Made by a program: the position numbers and the translations under genes
Shown here: piece by piece, positions 36,401-45,296 of the stretch
How the letters are laid out: each line of letters begins with the position of its first letter
Position numbering within the stretch: the first letter of the stretch is position 1
The notes under the pieces: generated by a model
What the model was told of the DNA's origin: nothing
The model's database searches: none
The model's input: the letters and a program-made list of their open reading frames with translations, nothing else
Assembly: GCA_964444305.1 (NCBI GenBank)
Contig: CAYUGQ010000002.1
Span: 1 to 47,454, forward strand
Direction: 5' to 3'
DNA length: 47,454 nt
DNA from: an uncultured Candidatus Sumerlaeota bacterium
GTDB taxonomy: Bacteria; Sumerlaeota; Sumerlaeia; Sumerlaeales; Sumerlaeaceae

Positions 36401-36449
36401 TAAACGCTAACGCAAAAGCACAAATTGAAAGAGTTGATTTTAATGTCAT
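33402..36449 (-). CDS. large secreted MurNAc-L-alanine-amidase-like protein with an inserted carbohydrate-binding-like domain, an FN3-like domain and Ser/Thr-rich termini
   Basis: 1015 aa with a signal peptide. Amidase_3-like motif triplet: SAGHGWT, YMSFHSNAVGG and ILEVAFHDNPDDA. Between them lies a segment resembling golvesin/Xly-type CBDs (YPVYAWARAG...GNGWIYLGTYPF). An FN3-like segment follows (VVVKWAP...YQVYTS...YVRVTAV). The N- and C-terminal tracts are S/T-rich. Confidence 0.55.
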   Translation of the reverse strand: MTLKSTLSICAFALAFIIPQSVPGQQTTASIAQTTSSVVQTTASAILSTSTSNQITTGPFTSDTTAISTSTESSAGQSTSALPSASPATTGTVTARPQPVRFNYDLVRPDQDTTSQPLSEVTAISETPARDRMLAEALIADDYRESHWNFAFYRNLAPGNTTEVDAGRPFESTRQSRPGPFSRQPVGPLTGRIIFASAGHGWTNDSTSTTLWYTQRPNTFGVVEDFGNLDQMNFYADICFRAGATIVPLRPIGFQHVERIIDNESPHATFHGAWADSESTVSFGFAGARIPYRFSRAAAEETAVARFRPVLPVTDEYPVYAWARAGADRVLQTYRVVHAGGVSEVDIDHRKIGNGWIYLGTYPFRQGSSGYVEVPNMVRDATAVVEQRVVIADAIRFGNGMGDVNRGGGISSFPREEEASRYWVERSLPAGAAPIFNAFEDRNDQSNNVGAAPRFSAYMNRESEGSFFDRVYMSFHSNAVGGRGVMGLYNSHAQLRPDHQIELAKLTADELNKEMTDAGLNLLRPWHVRGMRTLAHINFGEIRRDYLNNEMSATILEVAFHDNPDDAALLRQYSVRYASALSAYRATVRYLAEVGEQEIQTISPPHAPKLLSVTGKSANEAVVVKWAPAALDPLSSPTTEIRYQVYTSSDGLAFGTGQEVGDVTEFTLSKQDLRKPLYVRVTAVSPGGESQPSNIMGVTVAPEAPVLIVHAAGTIEDDMVLTQTAEANLGWALRPGGSFTRLVPRLMNNGEQSRAVGTGLRTLGAGFDTIDVSELHTITDLNRYRGVAVMLGRRPVAESLTTTDVLTSLHDYVTTGGRLLISGARLAEVDNDSTESLVRWGDFAEEVLRISFAEQTTVTRLMQAGEGNLTTVTLQLGDRNLRYFDPRPTEVLLPGEGGRPVLAYDRHNGAAAVATLKDGSICTAVLGFPLEELEGRDQQAVLAAQIFVAMGLKAPEPPSRPGQRPRGAEEDTPSTTTLSQGQDLSTTASTSITTSTVDQQTTGSATITTSTVVNQ

Positions 36450-36503
36450 GCAGACGATTCAACTAGGCGAAATGACAGGTTTCAAAAGAAAAGAGCTTTA
36501 TTA

Positions 36504-37259
36504 ATGACAATATTACCTGGCGACACACCACTTAAGGGCCAGACGGCGCTGGTTACCGGCGGGGGGAAACGTGTGGGAAAAGAAATCGCTCTGGCGCTGG
36601 CCTCCGCAGGAGCCAACCTGTTAATTCATTACAATACCAGTTCAAGAGCCTCAGATGAGGTGGCCGCCGAAATTCTCTCCCTGGGGCGCAAGGTTGATAC
36701 GATAAGGGGAGATTTGGCCGATCCGGAACAGATCGACCGGATAGTTTCCACAATGACCCACCACGCCATTAAAATCGACATCCTGGTGAACTCCGCTGCC
36801 GTCTACTATCCCACTCCTCTGGGCGAAATTACTGCTGAGATATGGGACAAAATTCAGGCAATTAATGTACGTGCTCCATTCCTGTTGTCCCAGGCTTTGG
36901 GCAGGGAGATGAAACAGCGTGGGAGCGGGTTGATCGTTAATATCAGCGACTGCAACCTTAAGCGCCCCTATCGTGAGTTTACGCCATATTTTGCTGCAAA
37001 AGCGGGCTTGGCAATCATGACGGAAACCCTGGCCCTGGAACTTGCGCCGGAAGTTCGGGTTAATTCCATTTCCCCTGGAACGGTGTTGCCGCCGGATGAA
37101 TCCGACCCAGAGTTCCGTGAACAGGCCCTGAACCGGTCACCCCTGAAAATTGACGGTAAACCTCAAGACGTTGCTACCATGGTTGTGTATCTCGCCACCC
37201 ATGGACAGTTTATTACAGGAAGCGATTTTCGAATTGATGGAGGCGCCACAATCCGCTGA
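36504..37259 (+). CDS. SDR-family oxidoreductase, pteridine-reductase-like
   Basis: 251 aa. Motifs VTGGGKRVGKEIALALASAGANLLIHY, NSAA and YFAAKAG. Confidence 0.85.
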   Translation: MTILPGDTPLKGQTALVTGGGKRVGKEIALALASAGANLLIHYNTSSRASDEVAAEILSLGRKVDTIRGDLADPEQIDRIVSTMTHHAIKIDILVNSAAVYYPTPLGEITAEIWDKIQAINVRAPFLLSQALGREMKQRGSGLIVNISDCNLKRPYREFTPYFAAKAGLAIMTETLALELAPEVRVNSISPGTVLPPDESDPEFREQALNRSPLKIDGKPQDVATMVVYLATHGQFITGSDFRIDGGATIR

Positions 37260-37345
37260 ACGAACAAAGGTGTGTCCATCCCTTAAGGAACGAACGCACC
37301 CTGATTCTAATTTATGTGGTCACTAACTCTGCGCAAAACTCCTGA

Positions 37346-38311
37346 TCACGCCCACCACATCTCACCCGGTTTTTCCGTGAGAAGGACGTTTTTCAGAACT
37401 TCTATGGCTTTGGTGAGGCCTTCATTAACACTTAGAAGACTGTCTTCGTGCTCAATACTAATGACATAGTCATAATCGAGCATCCGCAAAGTGCTAACAA
37501 AATCCCGCCAAAAAAGCTCATCATGGCCATAGCCCACGCTACGGAATATCCATGACCGCTGAAGTTCCTGACCGTAGTGCTTTGTATCAAGAACGCCGTT
37601 TTTTGTCGTATTTATGGGATCCACGCGGACATCTTTTGCGTGAACATGGAAAATGGCATCTCGACCGATTTCCCGGAGGGCCGCCAGAGGATCGATTCCC
37701 TGCCACCATAAATGCGACGGGTCGAAGTTTGCTCCGATATTATCTCCTGCTGCCGCTCTCAGCCGAAGCAATGTTTCTGGATTGTATACGGAAAAACCGG
37801 GGTGCATTTCGAGGCCGATTTTCACACCATGATCCCGGGCAAAAGCCGACTCTTCTTTCCAGAATGGGATCAAAACTTGATCCCACTGATACTCGAGGAT
37901 TTTTAAGAAGTCGTCCGGCCATGGACATGTCACCCAGTTCGGAGTTCTGTCCTCCGGCCCACCGCCCGGACAGCCGCTGAAGGTATTAATCCGGTCAATA
38001 CCAAGCTCTCCGGCGAGTTGAATCGTCTCGCGCTGGATCCGGGCATGCTCCCTGGCAACTGCTGGATCAGGATGCACCGCGTTAGCGTGACACGATAGAG
38101 AGGAAATTTTTATCCCACGGCTTTCGAATTGATCGAGAAAACGCTTCTGGGCTTCTTTATTACCAAGAAGGTCAGCAGGTTTGCAGTGGGTGTCTGGAGG
38201 ATAGTTTCCAGTGCCAACCTCCACCGTGTCCAGACCGACAGACTTCACATAGTCGAGCGTGGTTTCGAGATCTTTATTGCCAAACAGTGCGAGGAATACT
38301 CCAAGGCGCAT
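37346..38311 (-). CDS. sugar phosphate isomerase/epimerase (xylose isomerase-like TIM barrel)
   Basis: 321 aa with family-typical layout: LDYVKSVGLDTVEV, GIKISSLSCH, LEMHPG and ISIEHED. Confidence 0.85.
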   Translation of the reverse strand: MRLGVFLALFGNKDLETTLDYVKSVGLDTVEVGTGNYPPDTHCKPADLLGNKEAQKRFLDQFESRGIKISSLSCHANAVHPDPAVAREHARIQRETIQLAGELGIDRINTFSGCPGGGPEDRTPNWVTCPWPDDFLKILEYQWDQVLIPFWKEESAFARDHGVKIGLEMHPGFSVYNPETLLRLRAAAGDNIGANFDPSHLWWQGIDPLAALREIGRDAIFHVHAKDVRVDPINTTKNGVLDTKHYGQELQRSWIFRSVGYGHDELFWRDFVSTLRMLDYDYVISIEHEDSLLSVNEGLTKAIEVLKNVLLTEKPGEMWWA

Positions 38312-38363
38312 ACTTGCGGCTCCTTAAATGATGATAGCTGAACTGGCATAGCGGAGGGTTTGA

Positions 38364-39158
38364 TCAGTTTCCCGTGTCAGGGGTCTGACCGGCATTTATC
38401 CGTTCTTCCAGTTTGCGGATCTGCTCATTGGTATCGATAACAGTTACCCCGGTGGGTGGTGTAAAGGCAAAATCTTCAGGCTTAAGGCTCGGGTTGATTT
38501 TCACGTCTCTATAAATCGTAGTGCCGGTTGTCGAACCCACAGATTCTATCGTCTTGCGCGGAAGGCCGTCTTCTGATGAAAGCCATGCGGAAACAGTCCG
38601 GGCAACAACGGGACCGCCAGGCATGAGCTGAGATTGAGTGGTTCCCGTGACATGATAAACCGTCTCACCATTGACCACCTCCTCCCCTATAAACTGTACG
38701 GTGTCCGGATCTAAAAGAGCCACAGGGTTCATATCAGTGACTGGTTTTGTCATCATCATTTTGAGCTCAGCGTTTGTTGCCGTGGTTTTCATGACGCGAC
38801 GTTCTTTCGGATAATACTGATATAAAGTATGAAAATCCGTCAGCATCGTATAGGGGTTCATTCCCGTTACGGTAATCTTCCAGCCATAGAGTCGCGAGAC
38901 CATAAGCGAACCGACGGATTTTCCGGAAGGTGCACCCGGGGCCAGCTCTTCGCTTTCGACTGCGGCGGAAAAACCGGCGACTTTACCAATCTTGGACGCA
39001 ATGTCTTTCATAACAGCCTGCGTGGCCGCCGCATCAGGCACGGGAGGCTGCGCTGATGAATCGCTCACCATCAAGATCACCAGCAGAGCGAAAACTGGAA
39101 ACATCCGTAAAATGGAACTTCGTTTGGATTTCATAAGATTCAGATACTCCATGAACAC
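38364..39158 (-). CDS. LolA-like (outer-membrane lipoprotein-sorting fold) periplasmic protein
   Basis: 264 aa with a signal peptide. The pattern GETVYHVTG...AWLSSEDGLPRK...DFAFTPPTGVTVID resembles the LolA/LolB-like family. The assignment is tentative and the start could be M9 (39134). Confidence 0.45.
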   Translation of the reverse strand: MFMEYLNLMKSKRSSILRMFPVFALLVILMVSDSSAQPPVPDAAATQAVMKDIASKIGKVAGFSAAVESEELAPGAPSGKSVGSLMVSRLYGWKITVTGMNPYTMLTDFHTLYQYYPKERRVMKTTATNAELKMMMTKPVTDMNPVALLDPDTVQFIGEEVVNGETVYHVTGTTQSQLMPGGPVVARTVSAWLSSEDGLPRKTIESVGSTTGTTIYRDVKINPSLKPEDFAFTPPTGVTVIDTNEQIRKLEERINAGQTPDTGN

Positions 39159-39241
39159 AATTATGGTCTGAATTCGCCTAAAAAGTTACCCGTAGGTGGA
39201 GAGGGCGTCACCCAATCTTGACAGACATGGCAGAGTTCACT

Positions 39242-39799
39242 TTATCGCCCCAGAGGACTGGCGTGGAGCTTTTTATATTCGACTCCGTCGAGACCAGGTA
39301 CGCTCTCAAAAAGAATGATCTCATTCACGGAAAACGCCGAATTCATAATCTTGGAGTGAGAACGTACGATTGACTCGACCCGTGCTGCAGTCTTCGTGCT
39401 GGGAAGACGGGCAATGGTTAAATGCGGCCGATACTCACGTTGTTCCAAGGGATACCCCGCGCCGACAAAGCGATAAAAAATTTCTTCGTGAAGTCGCACC
39501 AGTTCCCGCTTCTGCCCCCCTACAGCTACAGAAATCACTTTTGGCTGACGAGATTCCGGTGGGAACAACTCGACGCGATTAAGTTCCAGGGTGAACGGCT
39601 CGACATTCTGCGTTGAGGTGTCCAGCAGCTTCTGAACACCATCAATATATTCCTCCGGAGTGTTTCCGAAAAACTCAACGGTCAGATGGAAATTGCTGGC
39701 AGGAACCCACCGGGGGTGTGCATCAACAAAGCGACACCCGGTCTGAATTCGCCGTTGCAGGTCGGCCAACTGTGCTTTTATGTTTTCGGGCAGATCCAC
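39242..39799 (-). CDS. thpR: RNA 2',3'-cyclic phosphodiesterase (2H phosphoesterase, LigT/ThpR)
   Basis: 185 aa with two HxT motifs, FHLTVEFFG and PHLTIAR, at the expected spacing. Confidence 0.85.
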   Translation of the reverse strand: MDLPENIKAQLADLQRRIQTGCRFVDAHPRWVPASNFHLTVEFFGNTPEEYIDGVQKLLDTSTQNVEPFTLELNRVELFPPESRQPKVISVAVGGQKRELVRLHEEIFYRFVGAGYPLEQREYRPHLTIARLPSTKTAARVESIVRSHSKIMNSAFSVNEIILFESVPGLDGVEYKKLHASPLGR

Positions 39800-39818
39800 T
39801 GCCAGAAAAAGACGACGG

Positions 39819-40376
39819 CTACTTATGGAAGCTACCCATGGCGGGGAATGTCTGCTGGCTTACAACCCTGTCACCGGCGATCGTGTAGATGTGACCTACA
39901 CTGTAATAGGTCCATTGCACGACCCCGTCACCGATCTGGCGCACGTTCTCCGGGTCGCCATACTTAATGATAAGCTGCATTGTTTCGGTAAGCGGACGGG
40001 AGGTATAAGTATTTCCGGTAAAAACAACCTCTTCATTTCTGGTCAGATAAACCCACGTAAATGGCGGGAATTGCTTCATTTTGCTGCGGGTCCATTCCAG
40101 TTGAACAACGTCCCGCATCTTAATTTCACCGGTTGGGTCCCATAATAATCGGAACATATCCGGCCGCCCGTATTGCTCATAAACCTGCTTTTCCACCGGA
40201 GAGAACAGACGCTGGTTAGGCCATTTTTCTCCGGGCAGGAAAAAGTTGATCGTTTTATCAAAGATAAGCTGATAGGGCTGTTGTTTGGTTCCAAAGAAGG
40301 GAATCAGGCTGAGGGAGATCGCCACGACGCCCACAGGCTGCCGTAGTAGTTTTCGGAATTTCTCTAAATTAAACAT
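39819..40376 (-). CDS. hypothetical membrane-anchored protein
   Basis: 185 aa. N-terminal hydrophobic anchor (VGVVAISLSLIPFF). No family recognised. It ends 19 nt upstream of thpR. Confidence 0.5.
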   Translation of the reverse strand: MFNLEKFRKLLRQPVGVVAISLSLIPFFGTKQQPYQLIFDKTINFFLPGEKWPNQRLFSPVEKQVYEQYGRPDMFRLLWDPTGEIKMRDVVQLEWTRSKMKQFPPFTWVYLTRNEEVVFTGNTYTSRPLTETMQLIIKYGDPENVRQIGDGVVQWTYYSVGHIYTIAGDRVVSQQTFPAMGSFHK

Positions 40377-40459
40377 GATTGTAATCCTGAACCTTTATCG
40401 AACGCTCTGGCAACCGAAAAATTAAGCTAGGTTCGAAAGTCAAAAAGTGTATAGCCGAG

Positions 40460-40837
40460 CTAGCTTGCGGTTGAGATATCGCCAAGGACTTCCGCTGGTA
40501 GATTGCTTTTATCAACGGGTAAAGGATTATCGACGCCGCCGTTAACCACAGCAGTTACAGCCAGAATTGCCCGCTGCACTCCCTCATTCTTCTCGATTCG
40601 CATATAGGGGTCTACCCGAACTGTGATCCGGCCAGATTTAACCTCGGCGCGGATGTAAAAATCCTGGCTGAATCCAGAGCGGACGGCCGTGCAGTCAAAT
40701 ATCAACATCGAAGCCTCCGAAGAAATAAAACAGTTCTTCAGCTTGATGATCCACCCGTTGCTGTCTGCCCGCTGGGGCTGGAATGTTTCTGAAATGCAGT
40801 GAAGATCTGCTTCACCTTTTAGAATGATATGCGGCAT
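40460..40837 (-). CDS. hypothetical protein
   Basis: 125 aa and soluble, with no recognisable motif. It is divergent from rsmD. Confidence 0.45.
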   Translation of the reverse strand: MPHIILKGEADLHCISETFQPQRADSNGWIIKLKNCFISSEASMLIFDCTAVRSGFSQDFYIRAEVKSGRITVRVDPYMRIEKNEGVQRAILAVTAVVNGGVDNPLPVDKSNLPAEVLGDISTAS

Positions 40838-40908
40838 AGTATTGAAATCCCTGTATATTGATCCAACTTATTGCCAGACGGCAAACACACAGGGCATACC
40901 TATCTGAA

Positions 40909-41493
40909 ATGAAAATCATTGCTGGAGACCGAAAAGGACACACTATCAAAACACCGGAAGGTCAACAGACCCGCCCAACTTTAAGCCGGGTAAGGGAGGC
41001 CTTGTTTTCGATCATTGCCGGCGACATCCCGGGATCAGTGTTTTGTGAGCTGTTTGCCGGGAGCGGGGTGATCGGCCTTGAAGCCCTGAGCCGCGGGGCA
41101 GAGCATTCCATCATGGTGGAACAGGCCCGTCCGGCAATCCTCTGTCTCCAGGATAACGTCAGTCGCCTGCGATATAACGATCAGGCCACGGTAGTTCGGG
41201 AGGACGTTTACCGATGGAAACCACCAACAGGCAATCGCTCTCCTGATATAGTTTTCGCTGATCCACCCTATGATTCAGCGGAACTGTCTCGAGTAATGAG
41301 CACGTTGGAGCGATGGCCTTTAAAACCGGACACCCTGGTGATCGTTCAAAGCGCAGTTACCTCAACGCCAGAGACAACATTACGTCACCTGCGCACGACG
41401 AAGTATGGCAACTCAGCCTTGCACTTTTACCTGGTAGAAGAAAAACCGACCGCCAACAACGGCCCGGATCAGCCTTCTATGGTTTCAAGGTGA
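40909..41493 (+). CDS. rsmD: 16S rRNA (guanine966-N2)-methyltransferase
   Basis: MKIIAGDRKGHTIKTPEGQQTRPT N-terminus, SAM-binding FAGSGVIGLEALSRGA, and FADPPYD. ATG 40909 was chosen over the upstream TTG at 40858 by family N-terminus. Confidence 0.9.
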   Translation: MKIIAGDRKGHTIKTPEGQQTRPTLSRVREALFSIIAGDIPGSVFCELFAGSGVIGLEALSRGAEHSIMVEQARPAILCLQDNVSRLRYNDQATVVREDVYRWKPPTGNRSPDIVFADPPYDSAELSRVMSTLERWPLKPDTLVIVQSAVTSTPETTLRHLRTTKYGNSALHFYLVEEKPTANNGPDQPSMVSR

Positions 41494-41738
41494 AAGACTT
41501 TGCGATCACGACATCTTTTGCCCTCTGCAGCCAGCAGGCGCAACCCTTCCTCAGAGACAACATAGGTGTGTTTGCGGGCAGAGCATTCAAAGATGTCTAC
41601 ATCGATCCTCTCAGCACCATGGGGATCCAGAAACCGCATGAAGTCGAGAGTTGCTTCTTTACCTGCACAAACGGGGCAGGTCAGTCCTACGAATTTCCTC
41701 GCGCTGTCTGGGACAGCAGGAATGTTTCTTGAGCACAT
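41469..41738 (-). CDS. hypothetical small Cys-containing protein
   Basis: 89 aa with CPVC plus three further Cys. It fills an otherwise 362-nt gap in a compact region, and its 3' end overlaps the rsmD 3' end by 25 nt. No family recognised. Confidence 0.3.
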   Translation of the reverse strand: MCSRNIPAVPDSARKFVGLTCPVCAGKEATLDFMRFLDPHGAERIDVDIFECSARKHTYVVSEEGLRLLAAEGKRCRDRKVFHLETIEG

Positions 41739-41855
41739 ATACGCACTTTACGTCTGAAATAAATAGATGTTCAACTACTGTTTTGCTTTTAGAGATTGCA
41801 TCGAATTTACGCACACCATCAATAGAAACCATTACTTGAATTTTAAAGAGATAAC

Positions 41856-42482
41856 GTGAATCTTCCGAACAAGCTAACCCTCACCCGAATCCTTCTGATC
41901 CCTTTCTTTTTGGGAGCTCTGCACATCCAGTTGTTCACCTATGATCCTGTGATCTGCGCCGTTTTCTATTGGCTGGCGTTGCTGCTTTTCCTGGTAGCCG
42001 CAGTAACAGATTACCTCGATGGCGCAATTGCCCGCAAACACAACATTGTCACCAATTTCGGAAAACTGTTCGATCCCCTTGCGGACAAACTTCTCACCAT
42101 GGCCGCCTTCGTGTCCTTCGTGGAAATCATCGGCCCTAACGGCAGACCGATTTTTCCCGCCTGGGCCATCATTATCATTCTCGCAAGAGAATACCTGGTC
42201 ACAGGTTTGCGCACCGTGGCGGTATCTAACGGGGCCGTAATCCACGCAGATAACTGGGGAAAGCAAAAGACCATCTGGCAAATAATCTGTATCATTGCCG
42301 TGCTCGTAACCCTGGCAGTAAACGCAACCCTTGAAGTTTATCACGTCGACGCCCATGCATTCACCAGGGCTTTGCCAGTAATCCTTCGCCTGATCCTTGC
42401 CGTGGTGGTAGTGTTGACAGCCTTATCAGGCCTAATTTTCCTCATAAAGAACTGGAGCGTCATCATTGATCCCGCAGAGTAG
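41856..42482 (+). CDS. pgsA: CDP-diacylglycerol--glycerol-3-phosphate 3-phosphatidyltransferase
   Basis: 208 aa with a GTG start. NLPNKLTLTRILLIPFF and the CDP-alcohol transferase motif DYLDGAIARK...GKLFDPLADK. Confidence 0.9.
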   Translation: MNLPNKLTLTRILLIPFFLGALHIQLFTYDPVICAVFYWLALLLFLVAAVTDYLDGAIARKHNIVTNFGKLFDPLADKLLTMAAFVSFVEIIGPNGRPIFPAWAIIIILAREYLVTGLRTVAVSNGAVIHADNWGKQKTIWQIICIIAVLVTLAVNATLEVYHVDAHAFTRALPVILRLILAVVVVLTALSGLIFLIKNWSVIIDPAE

Positions 42483-43611
42483 TTTGCCATCTCTGCCTTC
42501 CGAAAGCTACCTGTCGTGGGCGGAAATAGATTTAGCAGCAATTCGTCATAACTATCGGATTTTTCGTCAGCATATAGACCCTGCCACCAAAGTCTTCGCA
42601 GTGATAAAAGCTGACGCCTATGGCCATGGCGCCGTCGAAACGGCGCGTGCCCTGCTCAATGAGAATGCGCCACAATTCTGCGTAGCACGGGTGGAGGAGG
42701 CAGTACAACTGCGGGATGCAGGTATCGATGTCCCAATCCTGGTCTTGGCTCCGGCTTTTCGTCCGCAAGCCCTGATTGCCGCCAAATATGCGTGTTCAGT
42801 GGTCGTTTGTGACGCCTCCCACATCACTGCGGTGGCAGAAGCTCAGACCAGGACCGGGATTAAAGTTCCGGTCCACCTAAAGCTGGACGTCGGCATGAAT
42901 CGCCTCGGGACGATACCTGTCAACGCCAGCGCTTTGGTGGATTTGTGCATCAAGTTGGGAGTTCTAATCGAAGGGATTATGGCCCACCTCCCCTGCGCAG
43001 ATGCAGAATCCTTCGAGACAACCGAGCCCATGATTGATCTTTTTCTCCAGGCAAAACAGGAGCTTCATACGAAGCTGGATAATGGCACCATATTCCATAT
43101 CTGCAATTCCGCGGCGGCTCTGCGCAGTCCCCGCGCATGGCTGGATGCGGTGCGAATCGGAATTTCCCTGTATGGCCAATACCCAAGCGTGGAAATGGAA
43201 CGAAATATTGACCTTAAGCCTGCAATGACGCTGAAAACGCGTATAACTTATTTAAAAGATGTGCCTTCAAACACCCCCGTGAGCTATAGCCATACTTACA
43301 AAACTTCCGGACCCGCCCGCCTGGCAACGGTACCGTTGGGCTATGCCGACGGCTGGCCGCGCCATGCAAGTGGCCGGGCAGATTTCATTATTAACGGCCA
43401 GTTGGCTCCCCAGGTTGGTCGAGTATGTATGGATCAGGTCGTGCTGGATGTTACCGGAATCCCCAATGTAAATCTTGGCGACGAAGCAATCGCCTTTGGT
43501 AATGGGCAAGGAACAACCCTTCGCGCGGAAGACGTCTCGGCCCGGTTCGATTCTATTGGCTACGAGCTGACAACCCGCCTCGGAAAAAGAGTGCCACGCC
43601 TTTTTATGTAA
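42466..43611 (+). CDS. alr: alanine racemase
   Basis: PLP-lysine motif AVIKADAYGHG, VARVEEA, and YGxxP...GYADG. No in-frame ATG precedes the conserved core. Possible starts are TTG 42466 (17-nt overlap with pgsA) or TTG 42484. Confidence 0.9.
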   Translation: MIPQSSLPSLPSESYLSWAEIDLAAIRHNYRIFRQHIDPATKVFAVIKADAYGHGAVETARALLNENAPQFCVARVEEAVQLRDAGIDVPILVLAPAFRPQALIAAKYACSVVVCDASHITAVAEAQTRTGIKVPVHLKLDVGMNRLGTIPVNASALVDLCIKLGVLIEGIMAHLPCADAESFETTEPMIDLFLQAKQELHTKLDNGTIFHICNSAAALRSPRAWLDAVRIGISLYGQYPSVEMERNIDLKPAMTLKTRITYLKDVPSNTPVSYSHTYKTSGPARLATVPLGYADGWPRHASGRADFIINGQLAPQVGRVCMDQVVLDVTGIPNVNLGDEAIAFGNGQGTTLRAEDVSARFDSIGYELTTRLGKRVPRLFM

Positions 43612-43709
43612 ACCATTTGACCTATCGCCATTAAATACCTGCGGAAAAAATCGAACGAACCGAAACTCTTACGGCGAATTCGTGACTGCCAATCCAGTAG
43701 CCAAGGTTT

Positions 43710-44990
43710 ATGATCAACTCTGCCACTCTTGACGAACTGAAAGTCCCCGACGACATTCGCGAGGAACTGCTTTTCCTGATATCGAATACCGTGGAGGTTT
43801 TGCCTCTTCAGGAATTTGCGGCAAAATTGATCCGATCCCGTAAGGAAAATCGCCCCCTACGGATAAAATACGGGGCAGATCCGTCAGCGCCCGACATTCA
43901 CCTGGGCCACTCAGTACCTATTCGGAAACTTAAACAGTTCCAGGATGCTGGCCACCAGGTGGTGTTTTTGATCGGCGGGTATACGGCGCGAATCGGCGAC
44001 CCCAGTGGGAAAAGTGCTACACGCCCACGCTTGTCTCGGGAACAAGTCCAGGAAAATGCGGAAACCTATCTCCAGCAGATTTTTAAAATTCTCGACCGCG
44101 ATAAAACTGAAGTAGTGGACAATGCCGACTGGCTGGAACAGATGTCTGTTTCTGAAACGATCGAACTGATGAGCAAGTACACCGTCTCTCAAATGCTCGA
44201 ACGCGAAGATTTCCACAATCGCTTCGACAGCGAATTGCCCATCTACATCCACGAGTTTATTTACCCCTTGCTTCAGGGTTATGATTCAATAGCCGTGCGA
44301 GCCGATGTCGAGTTGGGCGGCACCGATCAGAAGTTCAACCTTCTGGTAGGACGCGAGCTTCAACGCATTGAAGGTCAGGAGCCTCAGTGCATAATGACAA
44401 CCCCGCTGCTCGTCGGTCTGGATGGTCAGCATAAAATGAGCAAAAGTCTCGGGAATTACATCGGCATCGACGATCACCCGCGGGACATGTTTGGCAAAGC
44501 CATGAGCATCCCGGATGAGTTGATGGAAAGCTATTTTCGCCTGGTGCTGGCGTCAAAAGACGACGAGGTTCGTAAATTTACCGAAGCGGTCACGTCAGGC
44601 ACTTTGCATCCTCGAGATGCAAAGATGCAGATTGCAGCAGCGATTACCGATTTTTACCACGGCGAAGGTTCCGGCAAAGAACAGGCAGACGACTTCACAA
44701 AACGCTTTTCTGAGCGGGCATTCCCCGAGGATACCGCAGAGCGGGTCGAGCTTGCAGGCGATGTGGCGACAATCAAAACTCTGCTGCAACAGCTCGGAAT
44801 AGCAAAATCCAGCCGCGAAGCCCAACGTCTGGTATCGCAAAAAGCCGTTAAAATCATCGATGAACCCGTCGATGGTGCCCTGTTATCAGCCGAATATGAC
44901 CCTGTAAAATTCCTTAACACAGGCCTGCCCGACGGCGAATACCGCTTGAAGATCGGGAAAACCCGGTTCGTGATTGTGACAGTAAAATAG
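43710..44990 (+). CDS. tyrS: tyrosine--tRNA ligase
   Basis: 426 aa. HIGH-type motif DIHLGH, KMSKS, and a C-terminal S4-like domain ([16 protein letters not shown]). Confidence 0.95.
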   Translation: MINSATLDELKVPDDIREELLFLISNTVEVLPLQEFAAKLIRSRKENRPLRIKYGADPSAPDIHLGHSVPIRKLKQFQDAGHQVVFLIGGYTARIGDPSGKSATRPRLSREQVQENAETYLQQIFKILDRDKTEVVDNADWLEQMSVSETIELMSKYTVSQMLEREDFHNRFDSELPIYIHEFIYPLLQGYDSIAVRADVELGGTDQKFNLLVGRELQRIEGQEPQCIMTTPLLVGLDGQHKMSKSLGNYIGIDDHPRDMFGKAMSIPDELMESYFRLVLASKDDEVRKFTEAVTSGTLHPRDAKMQIAAAITDFYHGEGSGKEQADDFTKRFSERAFPEDTAERVELAGDVATIKTLLQQLGIAKSSREAQRLVSQKAVKIIDEPVDGALLSAEYDPVKFLNTGLPDGEYRLKIGKTRFVIVTVK

Positions 44991-45021
44991 TTAGGCGGCT
45001 TTCCGTCTGGGAGATTTCGAG

Positions 45022-45279
45022 ATGATCTCACCGTTTAACCATCTGGTAGAAGAAACTGAAGAACGCGCTGCCCGCAATATTGGCAAGTGCAAGAAATGCC
45101 TGTTTTTTGACGTCGAACGGGAAAAAGAAATGGCAACGGATGACACCTTGGCCCCATGTCTCCATCCCGACCTGGAAGAGTTCGAATTAATAGTCTCGGG
45201 CGACAGCGGCTGCAATCTCTTTGAGATCGCGGATGAGTTGCCTGATGAAGACGAAGATCCGGAAGTGTCTACTCTGTAA
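45022..45279 (+). CDS. hypothetical small acidic Cys-containing protein
   Basis: 85 aa with CKKC...C...C spacing and a very acidic C-terminus (DELPDEDEDPE). No family recognised. Confidence 0.4.
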   Translation: MISPFNHLVEETEERAARNIGKCKKCLFFDVEREKEMATDDTLAPCLHPDLEEFELIVSGDSGCNLFEIADELPDEDEDPEVSTL

Positions 45280-45296
45280 ATCTCTGGTGAAGACAG

